Source: a virus
Length of the DNA: 64,000 nt
Direction: 5' to 3' (one strand)
Virus record (IMG/VR): IMGVR_UViG_3300020203_000013
Coordinates: 1-64,000 of that record
The notes beneath the pieces were generated by a model, which was given only the letters and a program-made list of their open reading frames with translations, was not told where the DNA came from and did not search any database. The position numbers and the translations under genes were made by a program. Below are positions 18,815-27,889 of this stretch, piece after piece. How positions within the stretch are numbered: the first letter of the stretch is position 1; each line of letters begins with the position of its first letter.

Positions 18815-20269
18815 CTAGAAAATATCTTTAGATTTCAAGTAGTTGATGGCTTTTTGAAGGAGTAATAAAGAAGAAAACTCGTCTTTAGCCTCCACATATA
18901 CTCTAAGTTCTGGAGCATTTCCTGATAATCTAAAGTGGATAATTGTATTATCTGGTAAGGTTAACCTAAGACCGTCTAATCGATTTTCTGACCCGCCATA
19001 CGTGTCCAATAACTCCGAACAACTAAGTAACTTATTGATTTTACTAGGGTTTATACCCCTCAACATTCCAGAAGCATTAACCGATCCCAAGTCGTACCAA
19101 GGCTTTTCTATTTTGGTGCTTTTAAGAAAGAATAGATAAGAGAGAATTGGTAATAAAGAGTCCCTAGTTAGAAGTGGTTTTAAGCTTCCCAGTGGGTATA
19201 TTAGCTCATCTCTATGTATGACCCCTCCGTTAGCTTCAAAGCCTACTGTGTTCTTATCTTGAGGCGCTGAGAGCATTTCTTGAATAACGTAAGGTGAGCC
19301 TATCTTAGTCCTTATCACCTCATATTGGGCTATTGAACTAGTCAGGCCATAGTTTTCCAGTTGAGAGTTAACTGTTATTGGGCAAACAGCTATCTTAGCT
19401 CCTGTAAAGATAAGAGATAGTCTTCCTAAGTAATCTCCAGGTAGTGGGTCTCCCTTACTTGTGAACACTAAGGGTCTATCAGCGTCTCCATCAGCAGATA
19501 TAACGCAGTCCACCTCGTTAAGGTTTAGCCAACCTCTAACAGTAGCAAGCGCTTCTTTATTTAAATCTTCTGTGTCTATTGCCATGAAGCTGTCCGATTT
19601 ACCGAAGGCTACTGGGGACGCGCCTAACTCCTTCAATATATCAAAAAATATATTAGCCCCAACACAGCTATGTTTGTATATTCCTACCCTCAATCCCGAT
19701 AAAAAGTCTTCCCCAAATACCCTAGTATACCTATTTCTATACTCAAGAAGGACTTTAGGGTCTTTTTTATTGGACTCTTGAACCTTTAATGTTCCTGACT
19801 TGTTAAACCCTGCCAGGTCTAAAGTAACTGCTTTATTTAAAATGCCCTGCTCATCTGATTTGTTTATTTCTCCATCTAGTTTAAAAAACTTAAGACCATT
19901 TCTATCTTCAGGAATATGACTACCTGTTACCATTATTCCTGGGCACCTGTGATTACTGCAATAGTAGCCTAATGCTGGGGTTGGACAGTCTCCTCCATTT
20001 ATAGGCGTAAGGTCTAGTTGTCTAATGCCGTGTAAAACTGCATTTAAAATTCTAGGACTAGATGCCCTAAGATCTTTTCCAACAACCACTCTTTTAAATT
20101 TAAATCCTGAGTCTTTTAAATACGTTAAAAAGGAAATAGTAAAGCTGGTAACTAAAAAATCATCAAAATCTTTTACTAAGCCCCTCAAACCACTGGTGCC
20201 AAACTTGATATCTTTATCTTTTAGAAGGGATTTTGGAACAGTCTTTAACCGCATAATTTGATTATACAA
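18815..20269 (-). CDS. manB: Phosphomannomutase / phosphoglucomutase
   Basis: FGTSGLRG, TGSHIP..RNGLK (catalytic Ser), DGDADR metal loop, GFEANGG, RLSGNAPELRVYVE. Confidence 0.93.
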   Translation of the reverse strand: MYNQIMRLKTVPKSLLKDKDIKFGTSGLRGLVKDFDDFLVTSFTISFLTYLKDSGFKFKRVVVGKDLRASSPRILNAVLHGIRQLDLTPINGGDCPTPALGYYCSNHRCPGIMVTGSHIPEDRNGLKFFKLDGEINKSDEQGILNKAVTLDLAGFNKSGTLKVQESNKKDPKVLLEYRNRYTRVFGEDFLSGLRVGIYKHSCVGANIFFDILKELGASPVAFGKSDSFMAIDTEDLNKEALATVRGWLNLNEVDCVISADGDADRPLVFTSKGDPLPGDYLGRLSLIFTGAKIAVCPITVNSQLENYGLTSSIAQYEVIRTKIGSPYVIQEMLSAPQDKNTVGFEANGGVIHRDELIYPLGSLKPLLTRDSLLPILSYLFFLKSTKIEKPWYDLGSVNASGMLRGINPSKINKLLSCSELLDTYGGSENRLDGLRLTLPDNTIIHFRLSGNAPELRVYVEAKDEFSSLLLLQKAINYLKSKDIF

Positions 20270-20293
20270 TAACTCTATCAGAAGAGCAAAGAT

Positions 20294-21589
20294 TTAAGTA
20301 CTGGAAACTATAGTAACAGTGTTTGGTATTGTTCCGGCTCGATAGGCTACCGTTGCGGTCCCTGAAGAAGATGTCGTTGCACTAGTCGGTAACATTACTC
20401 CCGCTGGAGCCCCAGTTGAATCCGTATCTGTAAAGGATACTAATCTACTTGCAACTGGTTGATCAAACTGATCTCGAACTGATGCCTGTATATTAGCAGT
20501 ACTCACCCCATCTGCCGATATTATTGCAGGGTTTGCAGTTAGAGAGATAGATGTTGGTATTCTCTGCATAGTAGCTAGTTGGTAGTTGTATTGAGGTGTC
20601 CAGTCTTCTGTAGTGAAAGTTACACCATTTCTAAAAGTACCCTTCTGCTGTAATCTAAAGATTGTATTACCTTCTATAGCTAAATCAAGGATAGGAATTA
20701 CTGTTGAAGTAATTTCTTGATTATTTTGGGCGGCACTTTGGATAGTTAATAAGAAGTTAGGATTGCCTACTTCTACCTCTAAAAATAAAATATTTGTTTG
20801 GTTTGCATAAGCTAAAAACTCTCTAGCCCCACCAGGGTAAAAATTATCTCTAATAAAAGTAGAAGCTAAAACACTTCTAAATTCATTTCCAGCTTTACGT
20901 GGAATAACTGTTGTAACAATCTCATTTAAGTTAAACGAATACAACTGCCCAGTACCACTTACTACATCAAGATCTGATGGTCTAAACTTATTAAACAGCC
21001 AACAATTTTTGGCAAAACTAACTTTATTACCAGTATTATAGGATTTAGTTAAATTGGTGGTTATTCCTGTAAGGCCTCCACCAGATACTGCTAGTACTGT
21101 TACCTCTTCCGCCTGCCCTTCAAATCCTGTAAAAGTAGATGGACCTATTTGTAAAACATCACCTGGTTGTAATCTAGAATTAGAATTTAATATTAAAGAG
21201 CTACTTCCACTATTAACGGTACCACTAACTGTTCTTGAATAGCTTTCAATAGAAAAAGAGTTAGAATCATACTTTTGTGATCCTATACCATTCAAAGTAT
21301 AAGTTCTTTTAAGTTTTAAAATAAAATCTTCTATTTTCCACTTTTTAACAAGTAGCTGACCATTGTTAGTATTGGCTGTAGTATTATTTTCTAGAGTATA
21401 AAAGAATGTTGTATCTGTTTGAAGACACTGAACTGGATTTACAATATCAGTATCTAGGGGCCAGGAGAAAGAGTTTGATCCGTCATCTGTGCGTCTAATT
21501 AAAGTATCAGTAGTGTTACTTAATGTGAAGAAATAACCAGAGTCCCGACAAAGATTTGGCACCCCAGTAAGTTTAAGATTGGTTGGCAA
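20294..21589 (-). CDS. Tail-associated protein with C-terminal Big_1 Ig domain
   Basis: ANP..ISADG.ST..I.A.VRDQF..PV....V.F...TSSSGTATV. Confidence 0.65.
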   Translation of the reverse strand: MPTNLKLTGVPNLCRDSGYFFTLSNTTDTLIRRTDDGSNSFSWPLDTDIVNPVQCLQTDTTFFYTLENNTTANTNNGQLLVKKWKIEDFILKLKRTYTLNGIGSQKYDSNSFSIESYSRTVSGTVNSGSSSLILNSNSRLQPGDVLQIGPSTFTGFEGQAEEVTVLAVSGGGLTGITTNLTKSYNTGNKVSFAKNCWLFNKFRPSDLDVVSGTGQLYSFNLNEIVTTVIPRKAGNEFRSVLASTFIRDNFYPGGAREFLAYANQTNILFLEVEVGNPNFLLTIQSAAQNNQEITSTVIPILDLAIEGNTIFRLQQKGTFRNGVTFTTEDWTPQYNYQLATMQRIPTSISLTANPAIISADGVSTANIQASVRDQFDQPVASRLVSFTDTDSTGAPAGVMLPTSATTSSSGTATVAYRAGTIPNTVTIVSST

Positions 21590-21651
21590 TTTATTAAGTT
21601 CCTATACGTTGTTCTTAATAGAACATAGTATATTTAGCCCATAGTTCAAAT

Positions 21652-21681
21652 AAAAAGACCCAGGACTAGTCCCAGGTCTTT
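21652..21681 (-). terminator. Intrinsic terminator after the Cys-rich gene
   Basis: GACCTGGGAC-TA-GTCCTGGGTC stem (G-U pairs) plus T5. Confidence 0.7.
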
Positions 21682-21702
21682 CTAAGTCATTTTACCCTAT
21701 TA

Positions 21703-23778
21703 TTACTTACAAACTTTACTTTTAGAGTGACACTTCTCTATATCATTATCTAACTTATTTTTCAATTTGTTAGTGGTATCGTTACCCTTTCCTTTCGTCT
21801 TGCAAGCAATCCTAGCTTTATGTTGTGCATCTGATGCGTACTCATACAAAGTCTTATTAAGTCTTTGCAGTAAGTCTAGCTTATCTGATATAAGTAGATT
21901 TACACACTCTCCCTCACACACTTGGACTTCTGTAGGAATTGAATTTACAATTTCTACGTAAGTGTTAAAGGTTTGAGTTGCCCCTTTAACTTGCCTCGTA
22001 ACTGTGTTTTTGGCTTTACGATTACAGCCTTGAAACTTTTTATAGTAACTAACTGTTTTAGTATTAAAGATTACTCTGGCTTGTTTAATAAGGTCCACCT
22101 TACTAATTCCAGTTGTAATCAGACCACAAACTTTACAGCTTGATCCATCGCCACCACACACTCCACAAGTATCGACTAGTGCTCCACCATTAGGTGTGCC
22201 AGCGCAGTCTAGACAGTTGTTAGTTCCATTACAGACTCCACATGAATCCGTAAAGCTTGAACCATTTGGGGTACCAGAGCAGTCCTTACATGAACTACTA
22301 TCACCGCCACAAACACCACACTTGTCTAATGTTAGACCTCCATTAGGATTACGAGCGCAATCCAAACAAGATGTCCCGTCACCGCCACAGACTCCACACT
22401 GGTCAACTGTGAGGCCACCGTTTGGCGTACCTTTACAGTCTAAACAGCTCTGTCCATTTCCACCGCAAATTCCGCATTGGTCAACTTGATGTCCACCATT
22501 AGGGATACCAGCGCAATCTAAACAAGTGTTATTTTGTCCTTTACAGACACCACACTGATCAATCTTTGCATCACCTTTTGGTCTTCCTGAACAATCTAAA
22601 CAAGACGTTCCGTCTCCTCCACAGATTCCGCAAACATCGTTCACGGATTTTCCTTTAATACTTCCATAGCAATCTTTACAGCTTTGATCTCTATCGGAAG
22701 ATGTTTTTGGAAGACAGACACCGCATTGGTCAAATGTATTTTGTCCGTTCGGTGTACCAGCACAGTCCTTACAGGTAGAGTTATCTCCACCGCATTTACC
22801 GCACTGATCTACTACCGCACTTCCAAGTGGAACTCCGGCACAGTCTTTTTTACAGACAGTAGCTGTACTTACTGGACTGTTATGCCAAGCCAATAACCTA
22901 CTTCCGCCATTAAATCCTGTGTTGTTATATCTAACTCCACCTTTAAAGCTAGTGATTACTGTTCCAGTAAACGCATCAACTTGAGTAGCGCATGGAGGGG
23001 TTTTAACGCATAGAGTTACAACATTTTCTTTTTCGACCGTTTTGGAATCATCTGGTATTAAAATTGCTGTAGTACTATCGAATAATACTTGTGACTCTAG
23101 GTCGTCAGGTACAGTAAACACCGAGTAAGATGCTAGTCCTACTCTCTGAGAACATAGGCCTGAGTTTGGAGTTAAAGTAAATGTTGTACAGCTTTTTCTA
23201 TCTGGTGCAACTGTTGATGGAACCACACTTCCCAACAATGTCACCACATTTTTTGGATTGATGGCTTTAGCAGTTACTGTTAAACCGTTTAACGTCCAAG
23301 CTAGTGTAGTCGCATTTGTAAAGTCTAGTTGTAGTGTGGTTTGACCTGAGGCACTTGAATCTGATCCAAATACCCAAGCTTCACTGGAATCTTTTGTATT
23401 AAACTTTGTTCCTTGTCCTCTTTGCTCTGGGAGCGGGGAGAATTGATTCTTACTACCAATTGCGATAGTATCTTCTCCACCTACAAAGCTGAAGCTAGCT
23501 TTTTGAGATCTGTTGGAGTTATCTGTAACGCAGTTAAGTATAGGGATGGCCGTTGGCTTTGGTGTCGGAGTAACCGTTGGCTTTGGTGTCGGAGTAACCG
23601 TTGGCTTTGGTGTCGGAGTAACCGTTGGCTTTGGTGTCGGAGTAACCGTTGGCTTTGGTGTCGGAGTAACCGTTGGCTTTGGTGTACAAGTTGGTTTAGG
23701 CTTGGTGGCAAAAGCTAGGCTAGTACAGCAACAGACTAAAGCTAAGCAACAAATAAAACAATTAATAATATTTCTCAT
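21703..23778 (-). CDS. Secreted protein with PT-rich linker and nine Cys-rich DCxGxPxG...DxCGVCGGxxxSC repeats
   Basis: Signal peptide; (TPKPTVTP)n; 9 repeats of about 26 aa counted in the translation. Confidence 0.8.
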   Translation of the reverse strand: MRNIINCFICCLALVCCCTSLAFATKPKPTCTPKPTVTPTPKPTVTPTPKPTVTPTPKPTVTPTPKPTVTPTPKPTAIPILNCVTDNSNRSQKASFSFVGGEDTIAIGSKNQFSPLPEQRGQGTKFNTKDSSEAWVFGSDSSASGQTTLQLDFTNATTLAWTLNGLTVTAKAINPKNVVTLLGSVVPSTVAPDRKSCTTFTLTPNSGLCSQRVGLASYSVFTVPDDLESQVLFDSTTAILIPDDSKTVEKENVVTLCVKTPPCATQVDAFTGTVITSFKGGVRYNNTGFNGGSRLLAWHNSPVSTATVCKKDCAGVPLGSAVVDQCGKCGGDNSTCKDCAGTPNGQNTFDQCGVCLPKTSSDRDQSCKDCYGSIKGKSVNDVCGICGGDGTSCLDCSGRPKGDAKIDQCGVCKGQNNTCLDCAGIPNGGHQVDQCGICGGNGQSCLDCKGTPNGGLTVDQCGVCGGDGTSCLDCARNPNGGLTLDKCGVCGGDSSSCKDCSGTPNGSSFTDSCGVCNGTNNCLDCAGTPNGGALVDTCGVCGGDGSSCKVCGLITTGISKVDLIKQARVIFNTKTVSYYKKFQGCNRKAKNTVTRQVKGATQTFNTYVEIVNSIPTEVQVCEGECVNLLISDKLDLLQRLNKTLYEYASDAQHKARIACKTKGKGNDTTNKLKNKLDNDIEKCHSKSKVCK
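23550..23685. repeat. Perfect 24-bp tandem repeat, about 5.7 copies (CCGTTGGCTTTGGTGTCGGAGTAA), encoding the PT linker
   Basis: Read directly from the sequence. Confidence 0.95.
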
Positions 23779-23833
23779 GTTATTCTAAAAAATTACAAAT
23801 TAATAAAGCACAGTAAAAATGACTGTAACAGTA

Positions 23834-23861
23834 TTATCGTCACAAATCAAAAAAACCTTTA
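23834..23861 (-). promoter_or_regulatory. sigma28 (FliA)-like promoter for the Cys-rich gene
   Basis: Minus strand TAAAGGTT-N12-GACGATAA. Confidence 0.6.
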
Positions 23862-23896
23862 GTATTATTATTCTAGTAATTAACTAGTTGATATTA

Positions 23897-24547
23897 TTAT
23901 AATGGTATGTAAATTGGGGTGTAGGGTATGCTTACTGAGGCGTTTCCATCTCGCCCATCTGACTTACTGGTCCCGCCACCTACTACTTGAACCTCTCCAA
24001 ACTCCATGGAATTTGCTCTCCCTATTCCTGGACTTCCAGCAGTAACTTCAACGGTTTGTCCGTTTACTGTAGGACTTGGTAAAAATACAACTCCAGTATC
24101 AGCTCCACCATCTGTAGTCGTCTGACCTTCGGCTACTCCTCTAATCATTCTAGTTTCTACTCCATCTCCGCCGCCTATAACCGTAGGTCTATTTATCAAA
24201 GAGTATGTCTCTAATCCCCATCCTTGAATCTCTTTTTGATAAGAATAGGATGTGATAAAGAACTCATCGGTTAGATCGACTACCCCGCCCGCACAATTGC
24301 TAGCGAAAATGCTGAGAACTAGAGGATCTGGCTCAACGCAATCTATAGATGCTTCTACGTTTTGGGGTGTTCCAGGGGCATACCTAGTTATACTTAAGCT
24401 GGCCTGTGTAATGAGGTTTTTATCGTAGGGTACTGGAGTTCCTAACTGGTAAAGTCTTTGGATTTGAGGGTTAAGGGTAAAATTTATAGATTGAATTCCA
24501 GCCCCAAAACCAGTGACAACAGTTCCCGCTGATATAATGAATGGCAT
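23897..24547 (-). CDS. Tail-tip / tube-fold structural protein
   Basis: IQSINFT..P.IQRLYQLG tube-like motif; TACTAT motif upstream. Confidence 0.5.
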   Translation of the reverse strand: MPFIISAGTVVTGFGAGIQSINFTLNPQIQRLYQLGTPVPYDKNLITQASLSITRYAPGTPQNVEASIDCVEPDPLVLSIFASNCAGGVVDLTDEFFITSYSYQKEIQGWGLETYSLINRPTVIGGGDGVETRMIRGVAEGQTTTDGGADTGVVFLPSPTVNGQTVEVTAGSPGIGRANSMEFGEVQVVGGGTSKSDGRDGNASVSIPYTPIYIPL

Positions 24548-24594
24548 CTTTTCCCTTTTAAGCTTTCGCTTCCTTACCCTTTAAAAATAGTATA

Positions 24595-24621
24595 AAGAAA
24601 AGGGGAGGTGTAACCTCCCCT
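24595..24621 (-). terminator. Intrinsic terminator after the fibre gene
   Basis: AGGGGAGGT-N3-ACCTCCCCT plus T-rich tail. Confidence 0.75.
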
Positions 24622-24629
24622 AAATACTA

Positions 24630-26264
24630 CTAGAATATAGACAATGCTACTCGTTTCCAGCTGTTAGTGCCTACACAGATATACACGTAGTCGTCTGACC
24701 ACCTTGCTTCTCCTGTAACACCTGATGCTGAAATTGTAGCAGGCTCAGATCCCGAAGCCAATACTATTGGATTTAGGAAGGTCTTATTTCCACTAATGCT
24801 TTGATCAACGTTCGCAGTTCTTACTACATCGGTCCCAGAAAGATCAAGTACTATTTGAGCTTCACCTGAGCCTGATATAACATCGAATCCAGCACCGAAG
24901 TCTAACTTAACTGCTCCAGAATAAACTAGAGAGTTATTTTCTTCTACTATTAAAAACCCTGAAGCTGATGAAACTTGGGAATCAACATAGAATTTATTAG
25001 CGGCGTGGCCTGAAGCTGTAGGGTCTGCATTTAGAACCAAGAAGCCAGTCATTGTGTCGCCAGCGACATCTACGAACTTAGCGTCTGCTGCTCCAGAGTA
25101 TGCAGAAAGTGCAGCGGTAGCTGTGGCAGCAGTTGCAGTATCCCCAGCATCGACATAGAATTTATTAGCAGCATGTCCAGAAAGAGTTGGAAGACCTGCT
25201 AGAATCAAATTTCCAGTCATAGTATCGCCAGCTCTTAAAACACGAGAACTAATATCAGTTTGAAGGTTACCAGAAACTGAGTTTAAATCGGATTGAAGAA
25301 TAACCGTCTCTAGTGAGCCTGATATTCCAGCTTCAAACCTATCGCTAGTTTCATTCCAAAGTAAAAGAGCATCAGTAGATGTTCCTCTTTCAATTTGAAG
25401 GCCAGAGTCCAAAGATGGAGCACCAGTTACTGTTGCATTTAAAGTGATGATATTATCTTCAACTAGAAGTTGTTCTGTATTTAAAGTTGTAGTTGTTCCG
25501 TTAACTGTTAAATCACCTTGAACAATAACATTATTATTGAAGGTTTTATTCCCAGAGATACTTTGATCTCCTGTTAGGAACACTACGCTTAGGAATTCAG
25601 ACTCATTTACTGCTACTTGAGCTTCACTAGCTCCAGATACAACGTTTAGTCCAAATCCAAAGTCTAATTGGCCTGGTCCACTGTAGACTGTAGAGTTATT
25701 CTCTTGTACTGAAATGTTTACTGAACCTACTTGTGAATCAACGTATGCCTTATTAGCGGCGTGGCCTGAAGCTGTAGGGTCTGCATTTAGAACCAAGAAG
25801 CCTGTCATTGTGTCGCCAGCGACATTAACGAATTGGCTTTCTGCAAATCCAGAATATACTGTTAGAGCTGAGGCTGCTTGTGCTGCACCAGAAGCTGCGG
25901 CAGAAACGTCTCCAGCATCAACATATTGCTTAGTGGATGCGTGGCCTGAAGCTGTAGGGTCTGCATTTAGAACCAAGAAGCCAGTCATTGTGTCGCCAGC
26001 GACATCTACGAACTTAGCATCTGCTACTCCAGAGTAGGTTGAAAGAGCTGAAGCTCCTGAAGCTACTGCGTTTGCGTCTCCTGCATTAATTGCAGATTGA
26101 AGAGCGCCTGATAGGACTGATTGATTACCTGAAACTGTAAATCCAGTTGCGGTGGCGCTAACTGAAACACCGTCAGCTCCAGAAATAGAAAGAACTTCTT
26201 CTTGGAAGTTACTTCCATCCCAACGAGAGATGAGCCTATTATTAGTTGTAAAAGTAAATGGCAT
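24630..26264 (-). CDS. Fibre-like virion protein with AGDTMTG..L...PT.SGHAANK.YVD repeats
   Basis: Four GDTMTG repeats typical of phage fibres; C-terminal GE.RW..DY.Y.C domain. Confidence 0.75.
   Translation of the reverse strand: MPFTFTTNNRLISRWDGSNFQEEVLSISGADGVSVSATATGFTVSGNQSVLSGALQSAINAGDANAVASGASALSTYSGVADAKFVDVAGDTMTGFLVLNADPTASGHASTKQYVDAGDVSAAASGAAQAASALTVYSGFAESQFVNVAGDTMTGFLVLNADPTASGHAANKAYVDSQVGSVNISVQENNSTVYSGPGQLDFGFGLNVVSGASEAQVAVNESEFLSVVFLTGDQSISGNKTFNNNVIVQGDLTVNGTTTTLNTEQLLVEDNIITLNATVTGAPSLDSGLQIERGTSTDALLLWNETSDRFEAGISGSLETVILQSDLNSVSGNLQTDISSRVLRAGDTMTGNLILAGLPTLSGHAANKFYVDAGDTATAATATAALSAYSGAADAKFVDVAGDTMTGFLVLNADPTASGHAANKFYVDSQVSSASGFLIVEENNSLVYSGAVKLDFGAGFDVISGSGEAQIVLDLSGTDVVRTANVDQSISGNKTFLNPIVLASGSEPATISASGVTGEARWSDDYVYICVGTNSWKRVALSIF
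24995..26030. repeat. Three near-identical 70-90 bp dispersed repeats within the fibre gene (about 24995-25085, 25751-25825, 25939-26030)
   Basis: GCGTGGCCTGAAGCTGTAGGGTCTGCATTTAGAACCAAGAAGCC.GTCATTGTGTCGCCAGCGACAT in three copies. Confidence 0.9.
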
Positions 26265-26355
26265 TAGTTATTACCTCGATATAAAATTTTTATATTAATA
26301 ACCAAAAGGCTATTACAGATTATAAATAGTATATAACTAGATAATATAATTGGTC

Positions 26356-26577
26356 TTATTGTAATTTATTTTGACAGGTTGGGCAGATTATAGATATGGT
26401 TTTAGTACCACAGTTATTACACTGGCGGGCTATATACCCAGCGGGGGCTCTATTAGATTTAGATGAAGTATTTGGTATAAAAACACTAGGTTGACCTTGA
26501 GTTTGGTTCTGTTGGTTTACCCTATCAATAATTTTCTGTTGATTTTTATCTGGAATTACCTTTCTACAGCATGTCAT
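26356..26577 (-). CDS. Small zinc-ribbon protein (probable start MTCCRK)
   Basis: CNNCG...CPTC; the ORF-track start at 26640 overlaps the neighbouring gene. Confidence 0.55.
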   Translation of the reverse strand: MTCCRKVIPDKNQQKIIDRVNQQNQTQGQPSVFIPNTSSKSNRAPAGYIARQCNNCGTKTISIICPTCQNKLQ

Positions 26578-26602
26578 AATATATAAAATATAGTCCTTTT
26601 GT

Positions 26603-26875
26603 CTAACATATTTCTCCTCTTGCTGTAATATTATGTTCAAAGTAGTCTGAACCTTCTAGTTTTCTAGGAACATCTGACTCTATAAATCCCCTAAAAACAT
26701 TACCACTTAGTTGGAAAGTATAACAGGAATTAGTTATAGGGTCAGTTTTTTTAGTTAAAACTGTTATTTGCAGTGTTGCCATGCCCTGATTGTCTAACGT
26801 AATGCTCATAGTAGATGTATCAGTTATAACATCTGGCACTCCTGAGCTTGTTCTGGATAGACAACCTATTGACAT
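26603..26875 (-). CDS. Hypothetical tail-region protein
   Basis: 90-aa ORF, start overlaps upstream stop. Confidence 0.6.
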   Translation of the reverse strand: MSIGCLSRTSSGVPDVITDTSTMSITLDNQGMATLQITVLTKKTDPITNSCYTFQLSGNVFRGFIESDVPRKLEGSDYFEHNITARGEIC

Positions 26876-27228
26876 TAAATATTAAAATCTCCTCTTAAGG
26901 ATCTGGAGGTGTCTATATTTACTGAACCTGGTTGACATTTAGGGTAGGTATTTGTCCTAATAAGGTCCTTAGTTAGGACAGAGTTAAAAACTAGCCGTCC
27001 ATTTACCTTTCCTGGAAGTGCTCTGTAGTTGGCCGAAAAGTAAAATCCGCCTCTCATGCACATGTCTTTAGACCCTACAACCTTGTCATCAGCAGAACAG
27101 CTTATAACTTCTTGAGTTTCAGTTCCAAAGGTAAAAACTACGTTTCCTTTAGAAGCATCTTCAGGTTTATCACATAAGATAGGTATAGCATTTCCTACTC
27201 TAACTTTATATGTAATTAATTTAACCAT
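26875..27228 (-). CDS. Hypothetical tail-region protein
   Basis: 117-aa ORF, AGGA RBS. Confidence 0.6.
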   Translation of the reverse strand: MVKLITYKVRVGNAIPILCDKPEDASKGNVVFTFGTETQEVISCSADDKVVGSKDMCMRGGFYFSANYRALPGKVNGRLVFNSVLTKDLIRTNTYPKCQPGSVNIDTSRSLRGDFNI

Positions 27229-27246
27229 GCTTTTATATAGTCCTTA

Positions 27247-27888
27247 CTACTGATCTATTGGAAAATCAAAACTATAAGTAATAGTTGCGGGAGAGGGGTA
27301 GTCTACACTAACATTTACAGAGTTTATAAATCCATTATTTAATACCTGACCCTGACCTAAGTCTACTCGCCACGCTGTTAAATCTGGTACAGTAATTGGA
27401 ACTGGAAAACCACTATAATTAAATATGGCTCCGATTTCTACACTCTCTTCTGTAGTAATAGATGTTCCGTTCTGTGATTGGCTTGAGGCGGCGCTTCCCA
27501 TAAAAAAAGTCTGACCAAGTGAAATTTTAGCTGGATTACCATTTACTGATGGACCTATTACACCATTAATTTGTGCTCTATGCACTTTAGTAGGTATAAA
27601 CCACCATTTATCGGTTGTAAAATCATACCTTTGAATGTTAGTTTGACCTGCTTGAGCCGATCCTTTACATCTACTATCTAACCACTTATCTTCTCCTGGG
27701 CCAAATGCATAGGAAACAAATTGCACGTTGACTACTCCAGGTCCTGAAATATATTGATTTGATCCGCCTCCGACAACACAGCTATCATCATCTACTGGTC
27801 TAACTGATGAGTTAGGAGAGACGGATACAGAAATTAATCCGACAGAGTTGTTACAGTTAAATGCCGAACATCGTATGCAAAATCCCAT
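27247..27888 (-). CDS. Tail-tip protein, possibly paralogous to 23897-24547
   Basis: Similar size and beta-strand pattern. Confidence 0.5.
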   Translation of the reverse strand: MGFCIRCSAFNCNNSVGLISVSVSPNSSVRPVDDDSCVVGGGSNQYISGPGVVNVQFVSYAFGPGEDKWLDSRCKGSAQAGQTNIQRYDFTTDKWWFIPTKVHRAQINGVIGPSVNGNPAKISLGQTFFMGSAASSQSQNGTSITTEESVEIGAIFNYSGFPVPITVPDLTAWRVDLGQGQVLNNGFINSVNVSVDYPSPATITYSFDFPIDQ

Positions 27889-27889
27889 A

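Noticed and set aside
23550-23685. 24-bp repeat array as a possible CRISPR
   Set aside because: Copies are head-to-tail with no spacers and are in frame in a PT linker; the overlapping repeat ORFs (23413-23718, 23481-23711, 23513-23788) are shadows
24995-26030. Repeats as a diversity-generating retroelement TR/VR pair
   Set aside because: All copies are in-frame coding, differences are not adenine-specific, and no reverse transcriptase is present in the window
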